Translations under genes and position numbers: made by a program | Notes under the pieces: model-generated | The model's database searches: none | Seen by the model: only the letters and a program-made list of their open reading frames with translations | Told to the model about the DNA's origin: nothing | IMG/VR virus record: IMGVR_UViG_3300044637_001305 | Source: an uncultured virus (IMG/VR IMGVR_UViG_3300044637_001305) | Lineage: Duplodnaviria > Heunggongvirae > Uroviricota > Caudoviricetes | DNA length: 64,000 bases | Reading direction: 5' to 3' (one strand) | In this document: positions 1 through 9,026 of the stretch, in pieces | Layout: the number at the start of each line of letters is the position of its first letter | Position numbering within the stretch: position 1 is the first letter of the stretch

Positions 1-505
1 TGAAGAAGATGTTGAAAGGTTTACATCATTTATTGCAACATTTAGAAAAGTTGAACCTAATAGACCATTGATTGTTTTATTAGAAGATATTGATTCACTT
101 GCCGGTGAAGGTAGAAGTCAGACCGCAAGACTATTAAACATCCTTGATGGTGTAAAACAAATTGAAGGTGTTGTTTATATTGCAACAACAAACTATCCTG
201 AGAAGTTACAAGATAGAATCACAAACAGACCATCTCGTTTTGACAGACGTTATAAAGTGGAACTACCAAACGCCGATATTAGAAGAGCATATATTCAACA
301 CAAATTAAATGATGAAGATTTAAAAGGTATTGATATTGAAGAATGGATCAAAAAAACTGAAGGAATGTCTTTGTCACATTTAAAAGAAGTTGTAATTTCG
401 GTTATTGTTATGGGTAGAACATTTGAAGAAACAATTGAAAACCTTGAAGGGTTGAAAAAAACACCAACAATTAAAGGTGGAGGTAAAGTAGGGTTTGGAA
501 ATTAA
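1..505 (+). CDS. AAA+ ATPase, C-terminal part (5' end lies outside the window)
   Basis: Walker B VLLEDID, sensor-1 IATTN and Arg-finger RPSRFDRR; frame is open back to position 2. Confidence 0.9.
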   Translation, partial: EEDVERFTSFIATFRKVEPNRPLIVLLEDIDSLAGEGRSQTARLLNILDGVKQIEGVVYIATTNYPEKLQDRITNRPSRFDRRYKVELPNADIRRAYIQHKLNDEDLKGIDIEEWIKKTEGMSLSHLKEVVISVIVMGRTFEETIENLEGLKKTPTIKGGGKVGFGN

Positions 506-511
506 AAGATT

Positions 512-949
512 ATGAGACATCACGCAAATTTTTATACAAATAGATTAGTCAAGGAATGGTTGAAAAACGGTAAGGTCATAATTGCTTGTGACCTTGATGA
601 TACAATCATTCCTTACAACGAAGAAATCAAAGAGAACTGTAAAAAAATGGTTAATTTGATTTTGGACTGTCAAAAAGAAGGTATTATATTTTTAATTAAC
701 ACAGCAAGAAGTGAACACCAATTAGAAAGGGCAAAACAACAAGTTGAAGAACTTGGTATTATTGTTCACGGAGTAAATGAAATGCACCCTGAATGGGATA
801 AACCTTATGGTGTAAATGGGAAGTTGTATGCAAATATCTTCCTTGATGATAGAGGAGGTTTTTGGGACACGTATTGGACTTTATCAAACGCTTTAAGTAT
901 TGTTAGACACCAAAGAAAAAATGGGGATCAGAATGAACGACAATCATAG
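512..949 (+). CDS. HAD-superfamily hydrolase
   Basis: Motif I DLDDT, motif II TAR, motif IV FLDDR. Confidence 0.75.
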   Translation: MRHHANFYTNRLVKEWLKNGKVIIACDLDDTIIPYNEEIKENCKKMVNLILDCQKEGIIFLINTARSEHQLERAKQQVEELGIIVHGVNEMHPEWDKPYGVNGKLYANIFLDDRGGFWDTYWTLSNALSIVRHQRKNGDQNERQS

Positions 950-1484
950 AACAGATTTTGAATTTGAAAGTTTTTTAAATTCAATTAGTGGGGTAACAAT
1001 TTCACATAAACCACATTTACCACCAATTACAGAAAGAAGATATTTTGGAATTAACAATGGTTGGTTAGGAATTTTACAAAGATTATTTGAAACGTTGATT
1101 GCTCTTGGTTGGGATAAAAGTTTTATAAATGTAAAAGAAAAGTTTGGAGGTATGAGTATATTTTTGGATAACCTACCTGAAAACGGATTTTATTTTGTGG
1201 TGGAAGCAGAAAGAGAAACATTTAAAGTTTGTGAAGTTTGTGGAGAGCCGGGAGAACAAAATCGTATTAACGGTTGGGTCCATACTTTATGTGAAAAACA
1301 TAGAGATGAAAAACTATATGTTGATCATGAAGGTAAAACATACCTTAAAAAATTAATGGAACCAATATTAAACGGAGACCTGTATTACAATGCTTTAAAT
1401 AATGAAATTATACTTTGTGATGTGGATAAATTTTTTGATCCTTGGTCATTAAAAGTTGTTGAAGTTATAAAAAATAATAATTAA
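933..1484 (+). CDS. Hypothetical phage protein with KEKFGG and CxxC motifs
   Basis: KEKFGG...CEVCGEPG...TLCEKH; ATG at 933 overlaps the upstream gene end and is the likely start. Confidence 0.7.
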   Translation: MNDNHRTDFEFESFLNSISGVTISHKPHLPPITERRYFGINNGWLGILQRLFETLIALGWDKSFINVKEKFGGMSIFLDNLPENGFYFVVEAERETFKVCEVCGEPGEQNRINGWVHTLCEKHRDEKLYVDHEGKTYLKKLMEPILNGDLYYNALNNEIILCDVDKFFDPWSLKVVEVIKNNN

Positions 1485-1493
1485 ATTTTTGTT

Positions 1494-1814
1494 ATGGAAA
1501 GTGAAATTGAAAGATTAAACAAAATGAGAGAAAGAATAATTGAAAAGGCAGAAAAAATTAAACCAGATTTTAAACCAAGACAAGAGCCAAAACAAGATTT
1601 GGGAGATGAAGGTTACGGACCAATGACATTTACCATCTACCCAAAAGAAAACAAAATACTTAACGAATGGATGGGAAGTATTTACGGTGTTTATGGTAAG
1701 TATGGTAACTTTGATTACACATTCAAATCAACAGGTGGGTTAGGTTGGGATATTTGGGTTTATAGCGAATTAGCAAAAACAGAAATATGTTTAACAAAAG
1801 ATGTTGACTATTAA
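1494..1814 (+). CDS. Hypothetical protein
   Basis: 106-aa ORF in a tightly packed operon. Confidence 0.7.
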   Translation: MESEIERLNKMRERIIEKAEKIKPDFKPRQEPKQDLGDEGYGPMTFTIYPKENKILNEWMGSIYGVYGKYGNFDYTFKSTGGLGWDIWVYSELAKTEICLTKDVDY

Positions 1815-1832
1815 AAATTAAAATTATATAAT
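1804..1832 (+). promoter_or_regulatory. Sigma70-type promoter (TTGACT-N17-TATAAT)
   Basis: TTGACT 1804-1809 and TATAAT 1827-1832; ATG follows 6 nt later, so the mRNA is probably leaderless. Confidence 0.6.
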
Positions 1833-1838
1833 TGAACT

Positions 1839-2273
1839 ATGAATATAAAACAAGCACTTAAACAGAAAAATAAGTTGATCAAAGAGATCACCGAAAACAC
1901 AAGGTTAATGCAAGAGTATAACTCAATTGAACTTGGAAATGAGAGACCATATAGTATAAATTCACTTTATGATGAGGTAATTAACGCATCTTTAGAATTA
2001 TCTAAATTAAAAGCAAAAATCCATAGAGCAAATGTTCCTGTGTTAGAAGACATATTCTTAATGGCAGAAATGAAATCAACAATCCAGTCACTTAAAAAAA
2101 TGGATTGCACATCAGGAAAATCAAATAGGAATATGTATTCCTCAACAGAAATTGTTTTAATGGTTGAAATGAATATTGTTGAAAGAAATAATAAAATTAA
2201 ACAATTAGAAAATAGAATTGAAGAAATTCAAGATAAGCTTGATATATTCAATGCAAACACAGAAATAGTATAG
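1839..2273 (+). CDS. Coiled-coil protein, DIP1984-like
   Basis: N-terminal MNIKQALK, central LKAKIHRAN and C-terminal IQDKLDIFNANTEI resemble the DIP1984 family pattern (recognised by eye). Confidence 0.55.
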   Translation: MNIKQALKQKNKLIKEITENTRLMQEYNSIELGNERPYSINSLYDEVINASLELSKLKAKIHRANVPVLEDIFLMAEMKSTIQSLKKMDCTSGKSNRNMYSSTEIVLMVEMNIVERNNKIKQLENRIEEIQDKLDIFNANTEIV

Positions 2274-2442
2274 TTTGAGTAAAAGGTTAAAAATTATGGT
2301 TTACTTCATTGAAAATCCGGCTGGAAGATAAGTGATACTGATAATGCATAGTCCCAAACTCAAAATTCAAATCATCATAAATCATTTAGTTAAAATTTAA
2401 AATTCTCGCTTTGACCATTTTTAACTCTTGAACCAAACTATA
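2269..2442 (+). ncRNA. Candidate structured RNA / structured 3' UTR
   Basis: TATAGTTTG(2269-77) pairs with CAAACTATA(2434-42) and GTTAAAAAT(2286-94) pairs with ATTTTTAAC(2417-25), enclosing ~120 nt; a terminator follows. Confidence 0.5.
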
Positions 2443-2446
2443 TTAA

Positions 2447-2476
2447 GCCCCCAGTATTTTTATTGGGGGTTTGTTT
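2447..2476 (+). terminator. Intrinsic terminator
   Basis: CCCCCAGTA/TATTGGGGG stem followed by TTTGTTT. Confidence 0.75.
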
Positions 2477-2501
2477 ATTTAAAATATTTTTATTATCTTT
2501 G
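2470..2501 (+). promoter_or_regulatory. Bacteroidota sigma-A promoter (-33/-7)
   Basis: TTTG(2470-73)-N20-TATCTTTG(2494-2501); ATG at 2507. Confidence 0.75.
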
Positions 2502-2506
2502 TTATT

Positions 2507-3052
2507 ATGAAAGTTTTATTTTTAGATTTTGATGGGGTTATATGTCTATCTTCAGAATGGGGAGGACGATATAAAAAAAAAGGGTTTGATTCAAATCCCG
2601 AAACACCTATGGACACCCGAATGGACAGTTTCAATCAAAAAGCCGTTAAAGTATTAAATGAAATCATAGAAAAAACTGGATGTGAATTAGTTATTTCATC
2701 TGATTGGAAAAAACACGGAACTTTGGACCAACTAAAAGAAATGTTTATTACTCGTGGAATTAAACCACCAGTTGATATAACACCATTTTGTAGTGTTCTA
2801 TTTCGTGAAGGTAAATTACCTGATGATTTTGTTTTACCACACTTTAATAAAACAGAATATGAACGACATATTGAAATATTAAATTGGTTAAAAGAACATC
2901 CTGAAGTAACACATTGGGTTGCTGTTGATGATCTTGATATGTCAAAACGAGATGGTTGGGGACTTGAAAACTTTGTTCACTGTAAACGACCATATAATGA
3001 AGGTATCAAACAATCAGGAATTAAAGAAAAAATTATAAAATTTTTGGAATGA
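2507..3052 (+). CDS. HAD-domain protein (Swiss-Army-Knife RNA-repair type)
   Basis: FLDFDGV, VISSDW and WVAVDD motifs. Confidence 0.8.
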   Translation: MKVLFLDFDGVICLSSEWGGRYKKKGFDSNPETPMDTRMDSFNQKAVKVLNEIIEKTGCELVISSDWKKHGTLDQLKEMFITRGIKPPVDITPFCSVLFREGKLPDDFVLPHFNKTEYERHIEILNWLKEHPEVTHWVAVDDLDMSKRDGWGLENFVHCKRPYNEGIKQSGIKEKIIKFLE

Positions 3053-3363
3053 TTAATATAAAAGATTTATTTAAAAAAAGACCTGATTTGCTTGCAGAAT
3101 TGGAAGTTAAAAAACTTATCGAACACACCAAGGAACTTGAGGGTGAAATATTTGAAAAGAAAATAGAAGAAACATATAATAAAGAACACATATTAAAATC
3201 AATGTTGTCTGACATTCTTACAAGTTGTAGAGAGCATGAGGAAAATAAATTACTCCAAGATAGATACCCAGAATTATATGAAAAAGTTGATGCGGATTCT
3301 TTAGTTAAAAATTTAATGGATTATATTATATCTATGAATGCTAAAAACGATTTGAGGTTATGA
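3049..3363 (+). CDS. Hypothetical protein
   Basis: 104 aa with ATGA overlaps at both ends. Confidence 0.7.
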   Translation: MINIKDLFKKRPDLLAELEVKKLIEHTKELEGEIFEKKIEETYNKEHILKSMLSDILTSCREHEENKLLQDRYPELYEKVDADSLVKNLMDYIISMNAKNDLRL

Positions 3364-3740
3364 AAAAAAGAGTTTATTTAATTGATATTGATGGGACTGT
3401 ATGTGACGATATAAAAAACGAAGACAGCCATTTATATAAAGACGCAAAACCATATGAGGGGTCTAAAGAAGAAATAAATAAACTTTATGATGAAGGAAAT
3501 AAAATTGTTTTCTTTACTGCAAGGGAATATAAAGATAAGGGAACCACACTTATTTGGTTATGGAAACACGGGTTTAAGTTTCACGATTTAATAACCGATA
3601 AACCAAGATGTGGTGAGGATGAAGAATACGTTTGGATTGATAACAAACCAGTAAGAGGTATAACATATAAAGGAGAGTGGGGACCAATTGTTGAAACAAA
3701 AAATCAAGAGGTTGAAACTTTATTAAATTTTAAAAACTAA
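3360..3740 (+). CDS. HAD-superfamily phosphatase
   Basis: IDIDGT, FFTAR, KP and WIDN motifs. Confidence 0.8.
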   Translation: MKKRVYLIDIDGTVCDDIKNEDSHLYKDAKPYEGSKEEINKLYDEGNKIVFFTAREYKDKGTTLIWLWKHGFKFHDLITDKPRCGEDEEYVWIDNKPVRGITYKGEWGPIVETKNQEVETLLNFKN

Positions 3741-4051
3741 TGGAACAAACATTTAAAATATTTGTGGTTCAAAATGAACCATATCTTACAATAGATGAAG
3801 ACGTAAAAGTTGGGGATAAAGTAATTGTAACTGTTAATGAAATGTATGCAACTTTGGTTGAGTGTCAAAATGAAGAACAAATTAATTTGTTTCAAAAACC
3901 AAAAACATCAATGACCAAAAGACATAAAGTGGTAATGACTCCTGATAAGTTGGAATTGGAAAACGACATTTTAAATCTATTGAGTGAAAGAGATGAACCA
4001 TTAACAGTAACATATGTGGATGGAGTGATTAAGGTCGTGACAGAAATGTAA
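3740..4051 (+). CDS. Hypothetical protein
   Basis: TAATG coupling to the upstream gene. Confidence 0.7.
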   Translation: MEQTFKIFVVQNEPYLTIDEDVKVGDKVIVTVNEMYATLVECQNEEQINLFQKPKTSMTKRHKVVMTPDKLELENDILNLLSERDEPLTVTYVDGVIKVVTEM

Positions 4052-4064
4052 ACTATTTATTAAT

Positions 4065-4421
4065 ATGCCAATATCCGATGCGATTAAAACATATATTAAA
4101 GAGTTTTATGAGGTAAGTTATTACCCAAAAGAAAAACAAATTTTACTTCATGATATTCCTGAATCACAAACAAGAAACAACAGAATAGATATTGGAAGAG
4201 TTGGTCGTGTTAAAATTACTTTAATGTGGGGTAAAATTGAAGAAATTACTGGTGTACAATATCACCACAAAGAATTTCAGTCAGAGTTATCAAAATTTTT
4301 TGTAAATTTGATAACGGAAAAAAAATCAAAAGACTTTTTTAAATTGATGACTGAAGAAAATATTCCAGTAAGTTTTACGTTAAATGAAATGATTGATGAG
4401 TTTCCTGTTTTAAATGACTAA
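4065..4421 (+). CDS. Hypothetical protein
   Basis: TATTTAT at 4054-4060 just upstream. Confidence 0.7.
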   Translation: MPISDAIKTYIKEFYEVSYYPKEKQILLHDIPESQTRNNRIDIGRVGRVKITLMWGKIEEITGVQYHHKEFQSELSKFFVNLITEKKSKDFFKLMTEENIPVSFTLNEMIDEFPVLND

Positions 4422-4433
4422 GTATTTATTGTT

Positions 4434-4817
4434 ATGAAAAGAATTTTTTTAACTGAAGAAGAAAAAGACGACCTATCAAAAAAACATGAAGATATTGACA
4501 GAAAACTTATGAACTTTCTTTTAAGAAGGTATAATGTAGAAAAAAGAACATTACCAAAAACTCCTTTTTTTGATCCCGATGACGACGATTTGCCACCAAT
4601 TAGTTGGACTGAAGTTAATTTTGTGGATTTTCCTGGATATGGACTTTCAAGTTATATGAGTAGAAAAGATATGGAGTGGAGATTACTTAATATGTTAGAA
4701 GAGGCCGAAAAACTTAATACTGATGATTTCAGAGGTAATAGAGGATTTGATGCTGATAGACAAAAAAAGATGAAAACAATAAGAACATTTTTAAATTTTG
4801 TATTACCTGTAAAATGA
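4434..4817 (+). CDS. Hypothetical protein with MKRIFLTEEEK leader
   Basis: TATTTAT 4423-4429; leader resembles those at 35042, 38180 and 62949. Confidence 0.7.
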   Translation: MKRIFLTEEEKDDLSKKHEDIDRKLMNFLLRRYNVEKRTLPKTPFFDPDDDDLPPISWTEVNFVDFPGYGLSSYMSRKDMEWRLLNMLEEAEKLNTDDFRGNRGFDADRQKKMKTIRTFLNFVLPVK

Positions 4818-5215
4818 AAATAGAAGAAAATATCAAAATAAAAAAATTACTTATTAATATGTTTGAAAACCAAGAGTTTGAAACAACATATCAAGATGAG
4901 GTAACTTCATGGAATGAAGAAAATTTTTATGAAGATTACGTTTTCAAGTATTATATAGAGGTAGGTAAAGTGTTAGGTGAAGGAACAATGACCGTTGCTT
5001 CTATTAACATTATTATAACTGAATTCACCGTTGATGGTGAAGATAAGATGTTAATTTGGAAAGAAGATAATTATGACGAACATCTTTGGTATATAGTAAC
5101 ATTAGAAAATGAAATATATGAAGATAAATTAAAAGATATTCCAATATCAACTTATCTAACTTGTTATGCTGAAGATGAATATGAAAATTTACCTTTTGAA
5201 CAAAAAAACTTATAA
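4814..5215 (+). CDS. Acidic hypothetical protein
   Basis: ATGA overlap with the upstream gene. Confidence 0.7.
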   Translation: MKIEENIKIKKLLINMFENQEFETTYQDEVTSWNEENFYEDYVFKYYIEVGKVLGEGTMTVASINIIITEFTVDGEDKMLIWKEDNYDEHLWYIVTLENEIYEDKLKDIPISTYLTCYAEDEYENLPFEQKNL

Positions 5216-5232
5216 TTAAATCAAAAAATATT

Positions 5233-5586
5233 ATGGCACATCCAATTCTACACGCAAAAAGTTCTGCCAAAAAGTTTGGAGGAATTTGGGAAGATTATAT
5301 TCATCTACATAATTGGCTTGACGAAACCAAAGGATGGTACGGACATTCGTATCATAGAATGTGGAGACACCACTCAGAAGGGATATTTGAGATGGAACAA
5401 AGGTTTGGTCCTGAGTTTAAAAATAGTGACGGGAAAACCGTTTATACTCGTTATGTTGGTGAACAACATGTAAAAGAAGACTGTGATGGATACATACCAT
5501 CAGCCAAAGAATGGTTCATGATTGTTGAAAATAAACAACGACCTATATGGGCAACTAAAACTCAAAAGTTAGAGTTTGAAGATTAG
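5233..5586 (+). CDS. DUF6915-like protein
   Basis: MAHP..HA.SS.KKFGG, HNWLD, HR..RHH.EGIF..E..FG and GEQHV.ED pattern. Confidence 0.7.
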   Translation: MAHPILHAKSSAKKFGGIWEDYIHLHNWLDETKGWYGHSYHRMWRHHSEGIFEMEQRFGPEFKNSDGKTVYTRYVGEQHVKEDCDGYIPSAKEWFMIVENKQRPIWATKTQKLEFED

Positions 5587-5600
5587 AAGTATTTATAGTT

Positions 5601-6347
5601 ATGAGTTCATTACAAGAAAAACTACAAAAAGAATTAACTCCTGAATTAAAAAGAGAATTTAGGAAGTATTGTTTATTATTACAAGGGTATTCGGACTCCA
5701 ATAGTTGGGTATATGAGTGTGACTTTAGATTAACTGACAACATTTATTGGAATGATTTTGTTTTTTATAGTACAAAACAAGGTGTTGAAATGTTACCACC
5801 AATAGAAGAATATTTTAAAAAAGTAATCAAATACTATATTGATACCGATGAACTATGGGAACACATTGAAAGAGAACCTGAAACATTAGTAGAAACGGGA
5901 TGGTTACATTTTACTATTTTTCCAACACAAAACAAATTACAAATTGAAATGGAGTATGACTACTACGATAATATGGGAACGACACACGAAGAAAGTATCG
6001 CCAATATGATTGAGTTATATTCAAAAGGTGATGAGGACAACACACAAATACAATTATTAAAGTGGGAAAAACAAGGAGCTATCTTTACAGTAAAATACGA
6101 AGGGTCTGAATGGGGTGATTATATTGATGATAGTTGCAGTAGTAATATTGGAATCACAAAAACACCAGAAATAATTGAACATTTAAGTGAAATGATGATT
6201 GAAGAATATGAAGAGGGTTATCATTTAGAAAATGATGGAGGAAGTGGAGAAATTAAATTTGATTTTAAAACGGATACTGTTTTAATGGAACATACACAAT
6301 ATAATACGTCTTCTACTGAAGTAGAATTAGCAGAATTAAATTTTTAA
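5601..6347 (+). CDS. Acidic protein, DUF6878-like C-terminal domain
   Basis: YEGS...GYHLENDGGSGEIKFDF; paralog of 6352; TATTTAT 5590-5596. Confidence 0.55.
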   Translation: MSSLQEKLQKELTPELKREFRKYCLLLQGYSDSNSWVYECDFRLTDNIYWNDFVFYSTKQGVEMLPPIEEYFKKVIKYYIDTDELWEHIEREPETLVETGWLHFTIFPTQNKLQIEMEYDYYDNMGTTHEESIANMIELYSKGDEDNTQIQLLKWEKQGAIFTVKYEGSEWGDYIDDSCSSNIGITKTPEIIEHLSEMMIEEYEEGYHLENDGGSGEIKFDFKTDTVLMEHTQYNTSSTEVELAELNF

Positions 6348-6351
6348 TTGA

Positions 6352-7116
6352 ATGAAAACAATAAAATTAACTGAGGAACAAAAACAAAAACTAGTAAGAC
6401 CAAATGGTTATATTGCTGCAGTATTTGGCGATGGAATAGAATGGAGTGTATATTGTTATTCCGACTATGGATTAGAGATGGATCAATTAAATGGACCATT
6501 ACCTGCGGGAGATAACGGATGGGATAGAAGAAACGAACTTGATCGAATTGATAGAGATCCTGGTTTTGATATCATATGTGATACTGCAGAAAAAATTGTG
6601 AAAAATTCTGAAGATGACTTAGTTGATGAATTGTCTTGTGATGATTGTACAGGGAATGGTTATTTATATGTAAATTATGATGGAGAAACAATGACTTTTA
6701 CCACTAGAGTTGAAAAATATGTAAGAGATTCACAAGATAGTGAATACATGAAAACTTTTGATGAGTGGGCCAGTACACAACCACAATACCCATGGCAAAC
6801 TTTTACATACCTAAAAAAATTAAAAGATCCTAATTTTATTGAAGAATATAAAAATGAAGGTGAAAATGGTGTATTTGAATTAGTTTATAATGGTGGAGGA
6901 GATAGCGGACAATTTGATGAACCAATAGATATTCCAAGAGATATTGAATATTTGGGTTATGAAATAATAGATGTTTATCATAGTGGTTGGGAAAATAATG
7001 AAGGTGCTGATGGAAGAATTGTGATAGATTTTAATGAAAAAACAATATCACTTTATCACCAACATTATTATGAAGAATCTGAAGAAATAGAATTAGAAAA
7101 ATACCAATTTGTATAA
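6352..7116 (+). CDS. Acidic protein, DUF6878-like C-terminal domain
   Basis: YNGGGDSGQ...GWENNEGADGRIVIDF; N-terminal MKTIKLTEEQK leader. Confidence 0.6.
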   Translation: MKTIKLTEEQKQKLVRPNGYIAAVFGDGIEWSVYCYSDYGLEMDQLNGPLPAGDNGWDRRNELDRIDRDPGFDIICDTAEKIVKNSEDDLVDELSCDDCTGNGYLYVNYDGETMTFTTRVEKYVRDSQDSEYMKTFDEWASTQPQYPWQTFTYLKKLKDPNFIEEYKNEGENGVFELVYNGGGDSGQFDEPIDIPRDIEYLGYEIIDVYHSGWENNEGADGRIVIDFNEKTISLYHQHYYEESEEIELEKYQFV

Positions 7117-7994
7117 TGGAAAATTTACAAGAAAATATAAATAGAATTAAAGAATTGATGTTGGTTGAAAATGACGACCAACTTTCTTTATTTTCTAGTG
7201 ATGAAGGAAAACCAATAAACATCAACTCAGACGAATTTACAAAAAGATTTAAAGAAAAAGTTTATTTTATATTAAAAGATTTATATAAATCAAATTGGGA
7301 TAGCGATAGAAGTAGAGGACCTGGTGGAGGTGGAGGAGTTGTTGGTGTTCATACTGTTTTTGATTTATTAAATAAAAAAGGTTTGACAGATTATGATCCT
7401 GAAGGTGGCGATTGGTCAATACTAAATTACTTTGACACAAACCCACAAGTTAGAAGAACAATTGTTGGGTTATATGAAAAAGAAACAGGAAAAGTTTTAG
7501 ATAATACTAACGTATTAGAAGACTTTATTAAGTGGATGTCCACAAATAGAAATAAGTTATTTAAAGACGGATCAATACTTGATTCATTAATTGAAAAAAA
7601 TATTGAATCACTTTATCAAGGAGAATTAAATGAAAGAAAGGCTTATGATTATCTATCAAAAATATTAGAAAACTTACCTAATTGGAAATTAAAAGGAAGA
7701 TCGGTTCCTGGTTCAAAAACCGATAGAGACGGGGTTGATTTTGTTATGGAACATGTAAAAACAGGAAAGATGGCAAAGTTTCAAGTAAAACCTTTAGGTT
7801 ATTTTAAAAGGGTCGGTAAATTCTATAAAGTTAAAAGTTATAACATCAAAAATATAGATAAAAAACCTGTTGATTACTTTGTTTTTGCATCTAATGATCA
7901 AGAAGATGTATTTATATTTAAAAATGAGATTGGTAAATATACAATCTTAGATAAAGACACGGTTCAGTTTGAAGAACCACCAATTAAGTTTTAA
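7116..7994 (+). CDS. Leader-bearing protein, possible PD-(D/E)xK nuclease
   Basis: MENLQENINRIKELMLVE leader; DRDGVDF...KFQVK motif. Confidence 0.5.
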   Translation: MENLQENINRIKELMLVENDDQLSLFSSDEGKPININSDEFTKRFKEKVYFILKDLYKSNWDSDRSRGPGGGGGVVGVHTVFDLLNKKGLTDYDPEGGDWSILNYFDTNPQVRRTIVGLYEKETGKVLDNTNVLEDFIKWMSTNRNKLFKDGSILDSLIEKNIESLYQGELNERKAYDYLSKILENLPNWKLKGRSVPGSKTDRDGVDFVMEHVKTGKMAKFQVKPLGYFKRVGKFYKVKSYNIKNIDKKPVDYFVFASNDQEDVFIFKNEIGKYTILDKDTVQFEEPPIKF

Positions 7995-7997
7995 GTA

Positions 7998-9026
7998 ATG
8001 AGTGACGCAGCAAGAGAACTATTAGATGAATTTAATGAAGGAAATTGGGATGAAGTTGGCTCGTATTTCAACGACGACTTTAGTTTATTTTTAGATTATT
8101 TAGAAAAAAATGGTTTAGAAGGAGAATTAGATTATGAAAGGGTTGACGACGAGTGGCAAAATATAATATTACTTCGTAAATTAGAAAAATACCCTCAAGA
8201 AACATTAAAATATATTTGTGATAATATAATTACAGACGTTTATCCAATGGAAGATGGGTATTATCTGCATTTAAACGATAGGACAGAATTGGCCGATTTA
8301 TTTAAAACATATGGTAGAGACACTTCACCGTATGATGTTGCAAGGGCTGTTTTAGGTGAAGATTATTGGGAACCTTATTGGGACACAACTGATGACGTTT
8401 ATAGAGATGTTATTGATGATTTAAATGAGGAAAATAAAAATCATTTAGCAAATTATATTGTAAAAAATATTGGAGATCAAGAACTACCACTTGATGATTA
8501 TGAAGACGCACTATTTCACCAATTTTCAGAAGAACAAGGAACTGAAGGTGTTTTTAAAATAACAAGTGAAAATGTAATGAAATTTATTAAGGATGAAGAA
8601 GCAATGAAAGAAATGTTCAGAAAAGACCTTGATGAATTAAAAAGTGAATTATATTCCATTCATAATAATGCATATAACGGAGCATATACTGATGAAATAT
8701 ATAATAATGTTTGGAATGAACTTTCAGGATATTTTGAACCAAAATCATGGAAATACAATGAAAAAGAAAGATATGATGGTAAAAAAATCCAACAAGAGTA
8801 TATTAAAATAAATGATTTTTATAGTGATATTTATACATTTTTAAGTGAAAATGAAGATAAACAGTATAGTGATCAGTCATTAGGATATTGGGGATCATAT
8901 ACTGGGTTTGTTTCAAATATGATGGATAATGGTGAAAGGGATTGGTTATCTTTTAGAATACCCGATTATCCTGATTGGACAAGAATTAAAAAGAACATAA
9001 ATGATATTTTTGTTGATTATATCTAA
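7998..9026 (+). CDS. Highly acidic hypothetical protein
   Basis: 342-aa ORF rich in D, E, Y and W. Confidence 0.75.
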   Translation: MSDAARELLDEFNEGNWDEVGSYFNDDFSLFLDYLEKNGLEGELDYERVDDEWQNIILLRKLEKYPQETLKYICDNIITDVYPMEDGYYLHLNDRTELADLFKTYGRDTSPYDVARAVLGEDYWEPYWDTTDDVYRDVIDDLNEENKNHLANYIVKNIGDQELPLDDYEDALFHQFSEEQGTEGVFKITSENVMKFIKDEEAMKEMFRKDLDELKSELYSIHNNAYNGAYTDEIYNNVWNELSGYFEPKSWKYNEKERYDGKKIQQEYIKINDFYSDIYTFLSENEDKQYSDQSLGYWGSYTGFVSNMMDNGERDWLSFRIPDYPDWTRIKKNINDIFVDYI

